The translations under genes were made by a program, and so were the position numbers. DNA of 64,000 bases, taken from the NCBI GenBank assembly GCA_049972095.1, contig JBMFKQ010000004.1:1-64000 (forward strand), written 5' to 3'. Numbering within the stretch: position 1 is the first letter of the stretch; each line of letters starts with the position of its first letter. Under the pieces are notes generated by a model. The model had not been told where the DNA came from. It worked only from the letters and a program-made list of their open reading frames with translations, and did no database searches. Of the stretch, positions 21,208 to 30,154 are shown piece after piece. The DNA is from Elusimicrobiales bacterium. GTDB lineage: Bacteria > Elusimicrobiota > Elusimicrobia > Elusimicrobiales > UBA9959.

Positions 21208-21215
21208 AATATTTT

Positions 21216-21524
21216 ATGAAAGCAAATTGTTATGATATAGTTATTGTTTTTGATCCGAGGCTGAGCGAGAATACTCTAAAGGATTTGCTTACAAATAAAG
21301 TGAAAAATCTCATCTCTTCAATGAGTGGAGAAATACTCACTGAAGATAGCTGGGGAATACGAAGGCTTTCTCATCCAATAAACAAAAACAAAGATGGCTT
21401 TTATTATTTTATAAAAGCAAAGCTTGATGTAACCAAAATAAAGGATATAAACTATAACCTTAAAATAACAGATGGTATTTTAAGAGTTAGTATAATTAAA
21501 TCAGCAATAGGAGTAGTGAAGTAA
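21216..21524 (+). CDS. rpsF: 30S ribosomal protein S6
   Basis: WGIRRLSHPINKNKDGFY, ILR; conserved rpsF-ssb-rpsR order. Confidence 0.95.
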   Translation: MKANCYDIVIVFDPRLSENTLKDLLTNKVKNLISSMSGEILTEDSWGIRRLSHPINKNKDGFYYFIKAKLDVTKIKDINYNLKITDGILRVSIIKSAIGVVK

Positions 21525-21525
21525 T

Positions 21526-21960
21526 ATGGCTTTGAGAATTCCATCACAGAACCAGGTTACAATAACAGGTAGGCTAACAAGGGATCCAGAGTTTAGAGCA
21601 ACTCAGAAAGGCACTACTGTATGTTTTTTTGATATAGCATCAAATAGAAGAATCAAAGATCAAACAACTCAGCAATGGAGAGATGATACAACATATGTTC
21701 CAGTGATAGCATGGGGACAAATAGCCGAAAGATGCAGGGATAAAATAAAAAAAGGAACCCCTGTGTATATAGAAGGCAGACTTTCAAACAGTGAGTATGT
21801 AAACAAAGAGGGAACTAAAATAAAAAAACTAAGAATTGTTGTAAATAAGATTCAGATTCTTGAACAGATAAAGGGAGAAACCACTGAGTCTGATGCTATA
21901 GCTGATAAGGATACAGATGTTGATATTGTAAAAGATATTGATGATGAAATACCTTTTTAA
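21526..21960 (+). CDS. ssb: single-stranded DNA-binding protein
   Basis: GRLTRDPE, KGTPVYIEGRL, C-terminal DDEIPF. Confidence 0.97.
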   Translation: MALRIPSQNQVTITGRLTRDPEFRATQKGTTVCFFDIASNRRIKDQTTQQWRDDTTYVPVIAWGQIAERCRDKIKKGTPVYIEGRLSNSEYVNKEGTKIKKLRIVVNKIQILEQIKGETTESDAIADKDTDVDIVKDIDDEIPF

Positions 21961-21970
21961 GGAGTAGTTT

Positions 21971-22276
21971 ATGGAAAATATAGATCAAACCTCAAGCCCT
22001 CAGGAATCGAAAGATACATCAGGGGTTAAAAAAAACTTTTATTTTCAAAGGAGAAACCAGTTTAAAAAAAAGCAGTGCAGATTCTGTCTTGAAAAGATAA
22101 AGCAGATTGACTGGAAACAAACACAGATGCTTAAGCCTTTTACAACAGAAACAGGAAGAATACTTCCCAGAAAAATAACAGGAGTATGTGCAAAACACCA
22201 AAGACAGCTTTCAAAAGCCATAAAGATAAATAGAAACCTTGCAATTCTTCCATACACAACAATGTGCTCTAAGTAG
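21971..22276 (+). CDS. rpsR: 30S ribosomal protein S18 (Zn-ligand form)
   Basis: [27 protein letters not shown]. Confidence 0.97.
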   Translation: MENIDQTSSPQESKDTSGVKKNFYFQRRNQFKKKQCRFCLEKIKQIDWKQTQMLKPFTTETGRILPRKITGVCAKHQRQLSKAIKINRNLAILPYTTMCSK

Positions 22277-22287
22277 GGAGAGGTTTT

Positions 22288-22731
22288 ATGAAAGTCATAC
22301 TCAAAAAAGACCATCCTCATTTAGGAAGAGAGGGAGAGATAAAAGAGGTTGCAGATGGTTATGCCAGGAATTACCTTTTTCCAAGAGGTATCGCTATTCT
22401 TGCTACAGAAGCTGCTGTAAAGGCTTTGAAGTCAAGCGAAGATAAAAGGAGAAAGAAGCTTGAACAGAAGAAAAAAGCTCTTGAAGAGCTTGCGAAAAGA
22501 ATATCTCAGGTAAAACTTTCTTTTTCAAAACCCAAGAATGAAGAAGGGTGTATGTTTGGCTCAGTTACAAAGGCTGAGGTATTGAAAGCTCTTAAAAGCG
22601 CAAACATAGAAATAGATAAATCAGCTCTTGATATGCCTGCATCACTAAAGGAGTTTGGTAGTTTCGAAATAAAAGTTAATCTTTCAACAGATGTTAAGGC
22701 ATCATTCAAGGTAGATATAACTCCATTCTAA
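22288..22731 (+). CDS. rplI: 50S ribosomal protein L9
   Basis: [23 protein letters not shown]. Confidence 0.97.
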   Translation: MKVILKKDHPHLGREGEIKEVADGYARNYLFPRGIAILATEAAVKALKSSEDKRRKKLEQKKKALEELAKRISQVKLSFSKPKNEEGCMFGSVTKAEVLKALKSANIEIDKSALDMPASLKEFGSFEIKVNLSTDVKASFKVDITPF

Positions 22732-22819
22732 AAAACTTTGAACCATTTGTGAAAAAATTATACCTAATATGTAGATCTTATAGTTCATGAGGAAACAAAA
22801 TAATTAGAAAGGAGATTAG

Positions 22820-24160
22820 ATGAAGGTCATTGTAATAGGTTCAGGACCAGCGGGATATTCATCCGCCCTTAAACTTAAAAGCATGGGGGTTGATGTTAAG
22901 ATTGTTGAAAGCGGGGATTTTGGTGGAACATGCCTTAACAGAGGATGCATCCCAGCAAAAGCAATACTTGAGATAGCAAGAAGATATTATGAGATAAAAG
23001 AAATAAAAGATTTTTTCACACCACATCCTGAAATAAATCCTATATGGGAGAAGATAAAAGAGTATAAAACAAAGGTTGTAACAAATTTAAGATCATCGCT
23101 TGAAAGATTGTTTTTTTTAAAAAAAATAGAGATAATAAAAGGAATAGCAAAAATTTTATCACCGAAAGAAATAGAGGTTAGCACAGATGGGAAAAGACAG
23201 ATACATCAGTTTGATAAACTTATAATTGCAACAGGCACAAAGCCGTTTTATCCAAAACCCTTTGACTCACACAAAGATATCCTTATAGACTCTGACAGAA
23301 TATTTGATCTTGAAAGAATACCATCAAAACTTGCAATAATAGGTGCAGGAGTTATAGGGATTGAGATAGCATGTTTTTTTAATGCTGTTGGTGTTGAGGT
23401 AAGTGTAGTGGATATAATGAGTGAGATTCTACCTTCTGAAGATCCTGAGGTTGTCAGATTTCTAAGAAATTCACTTGAAAAAAGAGGTGTGAAGTTCTAT
23501 CTATCATCAAAGATAAATAAGATAGAAATAAACAAAGACAAAAAAACACTTCTTCTTGAAAATGGCTCACATATTGATGCAGACACTGTTATGATTGCAG
23601 CGGGTAGAACCACAGAACTCCAAGAGTTAAATCTTGGGTTAGCAGATATCAAATACTCAAAATATATTGAAGTCAACAATTTTATGCAGACATCAAATCC
23701 CGATATATATGCATGTGGCGATGTCAACGGAATATCTATGCTTGCACACTCTGCAATAAGACAGGCAGAGATAGCAGCCCAGCATATAGTTAGAGCAAAT
23801 AGTGAGAGGTTTGATAAAAACATAGTTCCATTATGTATATACTCATGGCCGGAGTATGCGTCTGTTGGCTTCAACACAAAAACAGCAAAGGAAAACGGAA
23901 TAGATATAAAAGTTAAAAAGGCATATTTTCAAGCAGTTGGAAAGGCTGTTGCAACAATGCATACAGAAGGCTTTATACAGATAATAATAGATGAAAATGA
24001 AACTGTAATAGGCTCACAAATACTTGGAGGCCCTGCAACAGAGATAATACACACACTTGCAGTTGCAGTTAAGAATAAACTTAAACTTAAAGAACTCAAA
24101 TCAATAATATATGCTCATCCAACAATGAGTGAGATAATAATGGAAGCGATAAATAGATAA
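22820..24160 (+). CDS. lpdA: dihydrolipoamide dehydrogenase
   Basis: GSGPAG, GGTCLNRGCIP disulfide, GAGVIG, HPTMSE. Confidence 0.92.
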   Translation: MKVIVIGSGPAGYSSALKLKSMGVDVKIVESGDFGGTCLNRGCIPAKAILEIARRYYEIKEIKDFFTPHPEINPIWEKIKEYKTKVVTNLRSSLERLFFLKKIEIIKGIAKILSPKEIEVSTDGKRQIHQFDKLIIATGTKPFYPKPFDSHKDILIDSDRIFDLERIPSKLAIIGAGVIGIEIACFFNAVGVEVSVVDIMSEILPSEDPEVVRFLRNSLEKRGVKFYLSSKINKIEINKDKKTLLLENGSHIDADTVMIAAGRTTELQELNLGLADIKYSKYIEVNNFMQTSNPDIYACGDVNGISMLAHSAIRQAEIAAQHIVRANSERFDKNIVPLCIYSWPEYASVGFNTKTAKENGIDIKVKKAYFQAVGKAVATMHTEGFIQIIIDENETVIGSQILGGPATEIIHTLAVAVKNKLKLKELKSIIYAHPTMSEIIMEAINR

Positions 24161-24161
24161 A

Positions 24162-25382
24162 CTAACTCTGTGTTTTTAATAACACTACTTTTTTAAAATA
24201 AAAAAGTGCTATAAATCTTCCTATTGTTGAAAGTCCAAGAAGGAGAAGAAAGGGTGAAAAGCTGGTTTTAACTCCGTCATAAAGCAAGCCACCTATAATT
24301 GAGCCAAGAAACTGTGCAATTGACATTACAAATATAAGACAAGCTGTATATCTTGTTCTTTCTTTTGACTCAACATATTCATATATTATTGTATTGTATA
24401 CTATTGAAAAAGCACCCCACACAAAGCCCGAAAAAACCTCAACTAATAGAAGATACCAAAAATTCTTAGTAAGCATCCACAAAAGTGATATGAAAGGTAT
24501 AAACAAAAGCCCTTTTTCAAGTGTTAGGACACTTCCATATCTATCAACAATCCTTCCCCACCCCCTAGCACTTATCCAGATAAGAACCTGTCCAAAGCTT
24601 GTAAGAAACATATATCTCATATAATCAAACTTTAACTCTTTTAAAACATAAACACTGAAATATGGAGCTGCAATATATACAGAAAAAAGAAGAAGAAAAA
24701 TTGCTGTAAAAATCTTTTTCATATAACTATTCAAACTGAAACTAAGAAAATCATAAAAATGTGTATATTTTTGAGGTATATGAAATTTTTTCTCAGGCTC
24801 ATACATTAAGCTCACATAATATGCTGACAAAAACCTAAAAAAGGATGCAAGTATAAAAAAAACAAAGAGAATCTCCTTTTCAGATGAATGGTATTTTTTT
24901 AGAAAATAACCTACGATAAAACTTGAAAGAAAAAAAACAACACCTATAATCTGTAGTCTAATGCCAAAAAATCTTCCCCTCTTATTGGCTGGAAGATACT
25001 CTCCCATAAGTGTAGCCCATGGTGCTGAGGCTATTGAACCAGAGAAATTATAAATAATAATCATTAACAAAAAAAAATACTTTGCCCACCAAATATTAAT
25101 AAATATACTAAAAGAGATTATAAAAATTGTCAAAGCCTGAACAAAAACTGCACGAAAAACAACCTTTTTACATGATCTCAACCTAACAACAAGCATCTCA
25201 GAAACTGTCTGTGAGAGTGATGAAAGAAGAGATGGAATTGATCTTAAAAAACCTATAAAAAGGTTGTTTGAGCCAAGATTTATTGCAAAGGGAATAATGT
25301 AAGGCTCAACAAAACCAACCATAGAAGCCCAGCATATTCCATCCTTAATAGAATATTCAATAGATTTTCTTACCTTATTCAT
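24162..25382 (-). CDS. MFS transporter
   Basis: About 12 TM segments, RGRFFG and WGRIVDRYG motifs. Confidence 0.88.
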   Translation of the reverse strand: MNKVRKSIEYSIKDGICWASMVGFVEPYIIPFAINLGSNNLFIGFLRSIPSLLSSLSQTVSEMLVVRLRSCKKVVFRAVFVQALTIFIISFSIFINIWWAKYFFLLMIIIYNFSGSIASAPWATLMGEYLPANKRGRFFGIRLQIIGVVFFLSSFIVGYFLKKYHSSEKEILFVFFILASFFRFLSAYYVSLMYEPEKKFHIPQKYTHFYDFLSFSLNSYMKKIFTAIFLLLFSVYIAAPYFSVYVLKELKFDYMRYMFLTSFGQVLIWISARGWGRIVDRYGSVLTLEKGLLFIPFISLLWMLTKNFWYLLLVEVFSGFVWGAFSIVYNTIIYEYVESKERTRYTACLIFVMSIAQFLGSIIGGLLYDGVKTSFSPFLLLLGLSTIGRFIALFYFKKVVLLKTQS

Positions 25383-25448
25383 TTAAAAGGAATTATCTAT
25401 AAATCCATTCACAACTAAACTATGTATTAAAAAACACAAAGAACAATA

Positions 25449-26444
25449 TTACTTCTCAACTATCTTTATCCCTGAATTTTCACCGACATTAAATGAATAG
25501 CTATTTCCCTCAAGAACAGCATTCGGACCTATTATTGAGTTTGAAAGATTCAAATTTTTTATCACCGCCCCTTCATTTACAATTGAGGAGCTTACTATTG
25601 AGTTTTCAACCCTTGCATTATCTCCAATAGAAACATAAGGACCTATAATAGATGATTTAATCCTTGCAGATGGTGATATATAAGAGGGAGCTATTATAAC
25701 GCTTCCTTTTATTTTACATGACAACCTCTTTGAACTGAGTATGTAGGTATTTGTTTCAAGAAGTGTTTCTGATTTTCCACAGTCATACCAGCCATTTATT
25801 TTTACTGCAAGCATCTTATAACCCCTTTTAACCATAAGCCTCATAGCATCAGTTAGCTGATACTCATTTTTCGTTTTTATACCTGATTTTATTATCTCAT
25901 CAAGAGCAGAATAAAGCTTTTTAGAATCAGGAAATGAATATATCCCTGATATAGCAAGATTTGTTTTTGGATTTTCTGGCTTTTCAACCATATCAACTAT
26001 AAAATTATCATCAGAAACCTCAACTATACCAAATCTCCTTGGATCACTCACCTCTCTTACACCAAGCCTTGCTATTTTAAGATCCAAAAAATCCTTTATA
26101 TCAGCATCTATTATCGTATCACCCAAGATTATTAAAAGAGGACCTTTAACACATCTTCTTGTAAGCCATACTGCATGACCAAGGCCTTTTTGCTCTTTTT
26201 GAGTCACAAAAAAAGCTCTTACTTTCCTGCCATATTCTCTTTCAATATAATCCTTAACCTTTTCACCTAAATAACCTATAACAAAACATATATCTTTGAT
26301 ACCACAATTTAAAAGTTTATCAACTATATGACCAAGTATTGGTTTATCCCCAACGGTTAGAAGAACCTTAGGATATGTATATGTATGCGGTTTTAATCTT
26401 GTTCCTGCACCTGCAACAGGAACCACAGCAGTATAATGACTCAT
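25449..26444 (-). CDS. sugar-1-phosphate nucleotidyltransferase (glucose-1-phosphate thymidylyltransferase-like)
   Basis: VAGAGTRLKPHT, QKGLGHA, EKP, EYQLTDA, hexapeptide-repeat tail. Confidence 0.9.
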   Translation of the reverse strand: MSHYTAVVPVAGAGTRLKPHTYTYPKVLLTVGDKPILGHIVDKLLNCGIKDICFVIGYLGEKVKDYIEREYGRKVRAFFVTQKEQKGLGHAVWLTRRCVKGPLLIILGDTIIDADIKDFLDLKIARLGVREVSDPRRFGIVEVSDDNFIVDMVEKPENPKTNLAISGIYSFPDSKKLYSALDEIIKSGIKTKNEYQLTDAMRLMVKRGYKMLAVKINGWYDCGKSETLLETNTYILSSKRLSCKIKGSVIIAPSYISPSARIKSSIIGPYVSIGDNARVENSIVSSSIVNEGAVIKNLNLSNSIIGPNAVLEGNSYSFNVGENSGIKIVEK

Positions 26445-26452
26445 ACATCCTC

Positions 26453-26737
26453 CTATCTTTTTAAAATCAAGCCTGAGATTACTGTTATAAAAACTATAAA
26501 TGAGTAGAAAGAATATCGGTAGTCAGATATATGATAAAAACCAACACAAAGCACTATTATTCTTATAAGTGGGGTTATTATCAGAAAAAAAACTGCATAG
26601 CTTGAAATATACCAGGAAATAGCGCCGCTTACAGGAGCAATGAGATAAGATATAACTCCTGCAAAAATGTATATGACAACCCCTACTCTAAGCACAAAAC
26701 TAACAATTGAAAATATCTTCTTTTCCTCGCTTTTCAT
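26453..26737 (-). CDS. DUF1634-like small membrane protein
   Basis: VLRVGV, LIITPLIRI; usual partner of TauE genes. Confidence 0.75.
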   Translation of the reverse strand: MKSEEKKIFSIVSFVLRVGVVIYIFAGVISYLIAPVSGAISWYISSYAVFFLIITPLIRIIVLCVGFYHISDYRYSFYSFIVFITVISGLILKR

Positions 26738-27564
26738 CTGAAAACCCCAGTTATCATCTTAAAACTCACAGCCATAAGCAAGGCTGAGAATACAAGCTGA
26801 AGGGTTGAGTTTTTAGCACGATAGAGCATCTTCATACCAAATATGCTTCCTGCAATGACTCCTCCAATAAGAAAAAACGCTATATCATTAACAATATAAT
26901 TTTTTTTCCAGAGTATCAAGGAACTTGCGCAGGCAGAAAGACCTATCATAAAATTGCTTGTTGATGTAGCAACCTTCATTGGCAGCTTACATATTATATT
27001 CATAACAGGCACTTGAATTAAACCACCGCCAAGTCCGAAAAGGCCGCTAAGCATACCGCTGAAAAAAGACAAGATAAGGGCTGTTTTCTTTCTACAAACG
27101 GAGTAGTTTACTGTTTTTCTTAATGAATGATCATAATATGAGTAAACCTCACCCTCACAAAACTTATTAAAATCTTCATTATCCTTTTTCTTTCTTGATT
27201 TGAGATACATACTAATAGCTGTTGGAAGAAGCATAAACGCAAAAAGTAGCTGAAGGATTTTTGGGTTTATGGATATCATTAGATATGTAGCAATAATTGA
27301 TCCTAAAGCCATCGTCATTTCAAAAAGTATTCCAATCCTTATATTTGCAAGCCCTCTTTCAACATTAACAGAAGCCACAGCACTTGATGTTGCAATTATT
27401 GAAACAAGAGAAACTGCTATCGCATTTTTTATTGGCAGATGAAAAACCATCATAAGAAAAGGCACTATAAATGCCCCCCCACCTATTCCCATAACAGAAC
27501 CAATTATTCCAATAAAAAAACCAAACAACACAAGAATTACTACATCGTGAAAAGAAAAAATCAT
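26734..27564 (-). CDS. sulfite exporter TauE/SafE family protein
   Basis: Repeated GIGGGAFIVP / GLGGGLIQVP, ATSTSNFMIG. Confidence 0.92.
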   Translation of the reverse strand: MIFSFHDVVILVLFGFFIGIIGSVMGIGGGAFIVPFLMMVFHLPIKNAIAVSLVSIIATSSAVASVNVERGLANIRIGILFEMTMALGSIIATYLMISINPKILQLLFAFMLLPTAISMYLKSRKKKDNEDFNKFCEGEVYSYYDHSLRKTVNYSVCRKKTALILSFFSGMLSGLFGLGGGLIQVPVMNIICKLPMKVATSTSNFMIGLSACASSLILWKKNYIVNDIAFFLIGGVIAGSIFGMKMLYRAKNSTLQLVFSALLMAVSFKMITGVFR

Positions 27565-27689
27565 AAGAGTTAATTAAATTTTATCATTTTATGAAGTGAA
27601 GCTTGCAGACTCTAAGTCGCATTTCAGTATTAAAAAACAGATTAACAAAAAATACTAAAATATAGTTGTACTATCTAAGGAGGTAAAAG

Positions 27690-28733
27690 TTGAATACTCT
27701 GGTACTTTTTGCCCTTGTTGTGATAATAATAGCTGTTCTTGTTTTGCCTTTTTCTGTTAAAAAGGTTGAGGAAGAGCTTGAGATATTCCTTTTCATAATG
27801 GGTACAATTTCATTAACAGTTTCAAATCTCTGGAGTAAAGATCTAATAATTCAAGCATTAAAAGAGCCAATACCAATATCCATTACAGTTCTTATTATGG
27901 GACTTCTCTTTAAACTTTTTAGGAAAAAACTGATATATCTTTCAAAAAAACTCATAGAGAAATATAAAGCCGAATTTGTTGTTTTCTCTGTTGTATTTGT
28001 ACTTGGGGCATTTTCAAGTATTATAACTGCGATAATAGCAAGTTTAATACTTTCAGAGATTATAAGCATAATGAAATTTAAAAGAGACTATGAGATAAAA
28101 ATAACAGTTCTTGGATGTTTTGCAATAGGAGCAGGAGCAGCACTAACACCAATAGGAGAACCTCTCTCAACAATAGTTGTATCAAAGCTTAAATCACCTC
28201 CACATAATGCAGACTTCTTTTATCTAATCAAAAACCTTGCTCATTGGATTATACCAATTATAACAGTATTTTCACTTCTTGCATCAAAAAAAGCATCAAA
28301 AAACCTATCAATGCAAGATGGGCTTACGGAGGAATATATTGAGACATCAAAAACAATTATTCTTCGCGCTTTTAAGGTTTATCTTTTTGTTATGGCACTT
28401 GTCTTTCTTGGAACAGGAATAAAGCCACTTACACAAGCTGTCATCACAAAACTAAAGCCAGAGATACTCTATTGGATGAACTCAATATCAGCTATACTTG
28501 ACAACGCAACCCTTGCAGCAAGTCAGATCATACCTGAACTTTCAGACAGACAAATAACATTCATAATAATGGGATTGATAATATCTGGTGGTTTTTTAAT
28601 CCCCGGAAATATACCAAACATAATCTGCGCTTCAAAACTAAACATAAAATCAAAAGAGTGGGCAAAATATGGACTTTTATATGGAATTCCTACGATGGTT
28701 ATATACTTTTTTATTCTTTATTTCTTTGCATAA
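27690..28733 (+). CDS. DUF1646-like putative transporter
   Basis: VEEELEIFLF, GAALTPIGEPLSTI, SAILDNATLAA, GGFLIPGNIPNII; AAGGAGG SD with TTG start. Confidence 0.85.
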   Translation: MNTLVLFALVVIIIAVLVLPFSVKKVEEELEIFLFIMGTISLTVSNLWSKDLIIQALKEPIPISITVLIMGLLFKLFRKKLIYLSKKLIEKYKAEFVVFSVVFVLGAFSSIITAIIASLILSEIISIMKFKRDYEIKITVLGCFAIGAGAALTPIGEPLSTIVVSKLKSPPHNADFFYLIKNLAHWIIPIITVFSLLASKKASKNLSMQDGLTEEYIETSKTIILRAFKVYLFVMALVFLGTGIKPLTQAVITKLKPEILYWMNSISAILDNATLAASQIIPELSDRQITFIIMGLIISGGFLIPGNIPNIICASKLNIKSKEWAKYGLLYGIPTMVIYFFILYFFA

Positions 28734-28744
28734 ATGGAGGGAAT

Positions 28745-30151
28745 ATGAAAGATACAAAAAAGAAGAAAGACTGGCCATGGAAGACAATAATAGAGCCTTT
28801 TAAGATAAAGATGGTTGAACCACTTGGTTTTACAACATATGAAGAAAGGCAGAAAATCCTTGAGCAAGCACACTATAATATGTTTAATATAAAAGCAGAA
28901 AAGGTTCTGATAGACCTTCTTACAGACAGCGGGACGAATGCTATGAGTGCAGATCAATGGGCAGGAATAATGGTTGGTGATGAGTCATATGCAGGTGCGA
29001 AAAGCTTTTTTCACTTCAAACAAACAATTGAAGAGCTTACAGGGCTTGATGAGATTATACCAGTGCATCAAGGAAGGGCTGCTGAAAGGATACTTTTCAC
29101 AGTCTTAAATGGCAAAGGTAAATATGTTATATCAAACTCCCACTTTGACACAACAAGGGCTAATGTTGAAGCAAGTGGAGCAATTGCAGTCGATTTTCCA
29201 ATAAAAGAGGCATTAGATTTTGATAAATATCATCCATTTAAAGGGAATGCTGATGTTGAGAAAATGGAAAGGTTTATAAAAGAAAAGGGAGCGGAAAACA
29301 TACTTCTTTGTGTTATGACAATCACAAACAACTCATGGGGAGGTCAGCCTGTTTCAATGCAAAATCTTAAAGAGGTTTATGAGTTGTGCTCAAAATATGG
29401 AATAAAGGTATTCATTGACTGTGCAAGATTTGCTGAAAACGCATACTTTATAAAGATAAGGGAAAAGGGTTATGACAAAAAGCCTGTTATAGAGATAGCA
29501 AAAGAGATGTTTGAATACTGTGATGGAGTTATGATGAGCTCAAAGAAGGATGCTTTGGTAAACATTGGTGGTTTTCTTGCAATGAATGATAAAGAGCTTG
29601 CTAAAAAAGCACGTCAGCTTCTTATACTCACAGAGGGGTTTGTAACATATGGTGGCCTTGCTGGAAGGGATCTTGAAGCAATAGCAATTGGACTTAAAGA
29701 AGCAGTTGATGAAAACTACTTGCAATATAGAATTAGAAGCGTAGAATATCTTGGAGAGGGACTTTTAAGACACAACATACCAATAATATATCCAACAGGA
29801 GGGCATGGAGTTTATATAAATGCAAAAAAACTCCTTCCTCACATAAAACACCACAACTTTCCTGCACAATCACTTTGCTGCCGGCTCTATCTTGAAGGAG
29901 GGATAAGAAGTGTGGAGATAGGAACACTTATGTTTGGTAAGAAAGATGAAAAAGGAGATATACTGCCGGCACCGATGGAGCTTGTAAGAATGGCTATACC
30001 AAGAAGAGTATATACACAAAGTCACATAGATTATGTAATTGAGGTTGTCAGTGAGGTTGCAAGAAAGAAAGAAAGTATAAAAGGTCTTAAAGCCATTGAA
30101 ATACCTGATATACTACCTCATTTTACAGCTAAGCTTGCTCCCCTCTCATAG
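28745..30151 (+). CDS. tnaA: tryptophanase (beta-eliminating lyase)
   Basis: DLLTDSGT, HQGRAAE, HFDTT, PLP lysine in SSKKD, HFTA; start at ATG 28745 after GGAGG. Confidence 0.88.
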   Translation: MKDTKKKKDWPWKTIIEPFKIKMVEPLGFTTYEERQKILEQAHYNMFNIKAEKVLIDLLTDSGTNAMSADQWAGIMVGDESYAGAKSFFHFKQTIEELTGLDEIIPVHQGRAAERILFTVLNGKGKYVISNSHFDTTRANVEASGAIAVDFPIKEALDFDKYHPFKGNADVEKMERFIKEKGAENILLCVMTITNNSWGGQPVSMQNLKEVYELCSKYGIKVFIDCARFAENAYFIKIREKGYDKKPVIEIAKEMFEYCDGVMMSSKKDALVNIGGFLAMNDKELAKKARQLLILTEGFVTYGGLAGRDLEAIAIGLKEAVDENYLQYRIRSVEYLGEGLLRHNIPIIYPTGGHGVYINAKKLLPHIKHHNFPAQSLCCRLYLEGGIRSVEIGTLMFGKKDEKGDILPAPMELVRMAIPRRVYTQSHIDYVIEVVSEVARKKESIKGLKAIEIPDILPHFTAKLAPLS

Positions 30152-30154
30152 TAT

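Noticed and set aside
20585..21215. Intact prophage or integrative element at tRNA-Ser
   Set aside because: No integrase and no duplicated tRNA 3' end seen in the window
22747..22764. Rex operator upstream of lpdA
   Set aside because: Left half TTGTGAA matches, but the right half (TTATACC) is poor
20673..22819. dif site near the skew switch
   Set aside because: Only loose TAA-N-TTA matches with wrong spacing; no good XerD arm
27598..27625. Riboswitch in the TauE/DUF1646 divergent spacer
   Set aside because: Only one short hairpin (TGCAGAC-TCTAA-GTCGCA); no recognisable aptamer consensus
28658..30151. Tyrosine phenol-lyase call and the longer GTG start
   Set aside because: HFDTT and HFTA match tryptophanase rather than TPL (FTTT, FFTA); the extension overlaps DUF1646 and the SD precedes ATG 28745
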